Part shown: one piece after another, positions 61,090 through 64,000 of the stretch
Numbering within the stretch: position 1 is the stretch's first letter
Layout: each line of letters opens with the position of its first letter
Assembly (NCBI GenBank): GCA_963848135.1
Contig: CAWKCK010000018.1
Location: forward strand, 386,938-450,937
Source of the DNA: an uncultured delta proteobacterium
Lineage (GTDB): Bacteria > Desulfobacterota > Desulfobacteria > Desulfobacterales > SG8-13
DNA: 64,000 bases
Direction of reading: 5' to 3'
Translations under genes and position numbers: made by a program
The notes under the pieces: generated by a model
What the model saw: only the letters and a program-made list of their open reading frames with translations
Databases searched by the model: none
Told to the model about the DNA's origin: nothing

Positions 61090-61197
61090 GAGACTGTCGA
61101 AAAAGCCCAGAAAGAGCGATTTTGGCAATTTCGCATATAATGAAATCAATAGTTTAAAAACACCAACATCGCTGATCTATGGTTTTTCGACAGTCTC
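61090..61197. repeat. 108-bp MITE with perfect 15-bp TIRs
   Basis: GAGACTGTCGAAAAA ... TTTTTCGACAGTCTC. Confidence 0.8.
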
Positions 61198-61333
61198 AGC
61201 AGCAGGCGTGAGTCGGTCAGAGTTTGTCTATTGTTGGAGATACAACAGGTTTTGCACGGCTAAAAAAACTGCGGTACTTAGCAGCGATAGTAGATCTGAG
61301 CTGCGCAGACGGGGAAACACGTCGGCCGACTGA

Positions 61334-61717
61334 CTAGGCGGCGTCTCCTTCAGCCACAAATCCGAACGCCCGATCGTGCACATAGACGAGCTTGCAGGCT
61401 TCGACGTACTTGGCGGTGTGCACGCGCCCGGCTGCAATGTAACCCACCTGACCCTGCGTGAGTTCCAGCACTGGACCGTCGGGGAGCAGCTGCTCGTTTG
61501 CCCGCGTGAAGAACTGAATCAGAATTCTGCCTTCGACCACGACGGTCATGTCGTCCCCTGGGTGGCTGTGGGGTGGTTCTGAAGTACCGGCTTCCCAGCG
61601 CTCCAGCATCACCTCGACCCCGTCCGCGTTGTTCGGAAAAGTGGTTCGTACGGTGAACCCCGGAGTATTGGGGACAGCGACGTGGTCGCGCCAAATGGCG
61701 CTTTCGTTTGCGTTCAT
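61334..61717 (-). CDS. cupin domain-containing protein
   Basis: PHSHPGDDMTVVVEG ... IAAGRVH; AGGAGG RBS before ATG 61717. Confidence 0.85.
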   Translation of the reverse strand: MNANESAIWRDHVAVPNTPGFTVRTTFPNNADGVEVMLERWEAGTSEPPHSHPGDDMTVVVEGRILIQFFTRANEQLLPDGPVLELTQGQVGYIAAGRVHTAKYVEACKLVYVHDRAFGFVAEGDAA

Positions 61718-62352
61718 GCGACCTCCTGAATTGTGGCGTTGAGCGGGTGCGGTTGCTTGACCCTGGCACACAAGCGGACCGGCGTGGAAGGGTAAGTATA
61801 GGAATTATAAAAACCCTATTTCCATATAACAAGTTACGACATTTAATCCGACAATCTCTTAATTATCTGATATTAATTATAATTCCGGTATTGTCAACTT
61901 AATGCCCTTTCGTTCAGTATGTACGTCCACACAAAATTGTGGCCGACAAACTTCGCAGTTAAGTTGCCACCTTGTAGCATATTGCCAAGTGTGTTCCAGA
62001 ATTTGGTGTATCTGATTGGCAGCAAATTGATAAATCATGGAAAAATATTGAACTGTAATGGGAAGTGGATGACAATAAATATGTAAAGCACCTTGGCATG
62101 ATCAAAGAAAGGTTCAATTTCAGATATGTTCAAAATACTTGCAAAAATTCACATCTATAAAAACCTGTGATATAAAAAAATATCAAAACTTTCCCCAAAG
62201 TTGGGATATGTAAGATGAAATCACAAATATTATAGCGCTCCAAAATATTCAATTTTCTTACCAATAAAGTAACGGCGCCAAAGGTCAGAAAATATACCGA
62301 TACGATTCGGCTATACTGATCAAATTAATCAATGTTAGCCGCCGAACCTCAA

Positions 62353-63204
62353 TCATCCGATTTCAAAGGACGTCACTCCATAAAGACGATTTAACGGCAT
62401 ATCAGGCTTTTCCCCCTTATACATTCTGGCGGTCTCAAACGAAACATTCATATTATTGCGTTCTGCCAACTCTACAGCAGCCCGATTAACTTCTGGTGTA
62501 TCCAGATAAAATAGTTCTGATGGTTTGGCCTTGGATTTCAATGCCCAAAGAAGCAATTCAGCCAATTCCGGGTTTTCTGCAAAAAGGGGCCCTATTTTAT
62601 AACCAGAGCGGCACTGACGAATGACACCATAACCAGCAAGCTTGCCGTTTTTCTTAATTCCCAGAGCATCAGCGCCAGTTTGATTGATCCAAGATTTGAT
62701 AAAACGAGATCGGTTTGCAGGGAAAAATGGCCGATCGTATGAATCGATCGTTTCAAAAGGCAACGTGTACAACTTTACAATTTCAGCATTTTCAGGTGGA
62801 TTACTGCCGCCGACCCCTTCGTACCGAATGTTGCGATAGGCCAATTTGAAACCTGACTTTTTGTAGTTGGCCTGCTGTCCCACGACGCCATCAAGACCAA
62901 TATTACGCCCTTTAAGATATTTAAGGCCAGCGTTCCAAATTTGAATACCATAGCCTTTGCCGCGATATTCTGGTTTGACAATGTAGAATCCCAGAAAACC
63001 AAAAGTCATACCGTATTTGATCACAGAAATTGTGGCAATGGGTTCATCGTCAAGAAACCCAATAAGAAAACCATTCGGATCGGCGGTGTAGTAGCAGTCG
63101 GCGTCATGGAACCCAGGATTCCAACCTTCCTTTGCTGCCCATTCAATAGCAATGTCAATTTCCTTTCGGCTCATTGTTTTGATTATGTAGTCTTTGCCTT
63201 GCAT
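62353..63204 (-). CDS. GNAT family N-acetyltransferase (tandem GNAT)
   Basis: WAAKEGWNPG, FYIVKPEYRGKGYG, YKKSGF, YKIGPLFA, FETARMY. Confidence 0.92.
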   Translation of the reverse strand: MQGKDYIIKTMSRKEIDIAIEWAAKEGWNPGFHDADCYYTADPNGFLIGFLDDEPIATISVIKYGMTFGFLGFYIVKPEYRGKGYGIQIWNAGLKYLKGRNIGLDGVVGQQANYKKSGFKLAYRNIRYEGVGGSNPPENAEIVKLYTLPFETIDSYDRPFFPANRSRFIKSWINQTGADALGIKKNGKLAGYGVIRQCRSGYKIGPLFAENPELAELLLWALKSKAKPSELFYLDTPEVNRAAVELAERNNMNVSFETARMYKGEKPDMPLNRLYGVTSFEIG

Positions 63205-63588
63205 AGGATCGTCCTGAAAATTTTATGATCATTTATGGGCTAAAAAATTTTATACGGATCTGAGCATTATCACTTTTGTAATGTTACCCAACCAAAATGC
63301 GAATCGTGGTGCGATAAAGATACATTAAAACTATATGGAAATAATTCGGGAGGTCAATACTAAGGACAGCTTTCCAGTATGACAACTGTCAAAAATTATA
63401 TCTTCGGTGAAGGTATGATGTGGCTATGAGGACCATTTGAAAAATACTTACAGATGCTCTATATAGCAACTATCTTTAGTTAGCAGGTCTTACAGGTAGG
63501 TCGAGTCTATCGCATGTGAAAGCTTTTTAATTCATCGGTGTTCGCATTGGCGTGTTGTGCATCACCGTAGACGGTTCATATAAATCAA

Positions 63589-64000
63589 TCACCGTCCCTC
63601 CCATCTTTTCCCCAAAGTGTGTTGGTGGCGCGGACTATTCCGTCTCACCATGGTAATTGGCTTACCGACCACGCTCACTTCGCTTTTTTCGGTGGTACAT
63701 AAGGATCCGGTGTGCCGAGAAGTATGGGTGGCTCCGCTTTCAAGGTTTTTTAGAAATTCCACGACCCGTGACATCACGACCGGCAGTATCCATGTCGAGT
63801 CAGGGGCGATATCCATATTCTCTTTCGGGTCTTTTGTAAGGTTGTAAACCAACGGAATGTTGCGTTTTTGCGGAATGCCGAACATACTGTTTAACTCGAT
63901 AAAATGGACCTTCCAGTTGCGCCACTTGTACGCAAAAAGATCATCGTGGTTATAAACGGGAAATCCTTTACGCTTGCTGTGCCCGTTCATAGTGAAGAAA
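63589..64000 (-). CDS. arylsulfatase C-terminal part (enters from window end; frameshift near the 3' end)
   Basis: AYKWRNWKVHF..LVYNLTKDPKE; a natural-looking C-terminus continues in another frame to TGA at 63675. Confidence 0.7.
   Translation of the reverse strand, partial: FFTMNGHSKRKGFPVYNHDDLFAYKWRNWKVHFIELNSMFGIPQKRNIPLVYNLTKDPKENMDIAPDSTWILPVVMSRVVEFLKNLESGATHTSRHTGSLCTTEKSEVSVVGKPITMVRRNSPRHQHTLGKRWEGR

Overview
A 64-kb bacterial chromosome segment whose gene content resembles a Desulfobacterales-type deltaproteobacterium (inference). 1-16.6 kb is housekeeping: partial CHASE2 gene, DUF1848, dusB, polA, HAD hydrolase, priA, upp, uraA. 16.6-22 kb is a lower-GC patch with an OmpA-family gene and decayed ORFs. 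22-47 kb is a fatty/branched-chain acid catabolic cluster: HMG-CoA-lyase-like enzyme, enoyl-CoA hydratase, acyl-CoA dehydrogenase, TetR with two visible operators, icmF, thiolase, hbd, two acyl-CoA ligases, a Liv-type ABC importer and a GAF-PAS-LuxR regulator. ptsH-ptsI-smpB-ssrA (tmRNA) follow, then an accessory region after the tmRNA 3' end. Features the ORF track misses or misreads: (1) two probable selenoproteins read through in-frame TGA, an OmpA-DUF1573 fusion (GUGC) and a 75-aa glutaredoxin-like protein with two UGA codons; (2) a complete IS110/IS1111-type element whose 3' non-coding end folds into a two-loop bridge/seek-RNA-like structure, with guides matching its own insertion site and circle junction; (3) a ~3-kb TGT...ACA element with two distinct DDE transposases, two HTH ORFs and an A9 slippage site; (4) several dispersed MITE/REP-like repeat families. 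All calls come from manual reading; no database searches were run.
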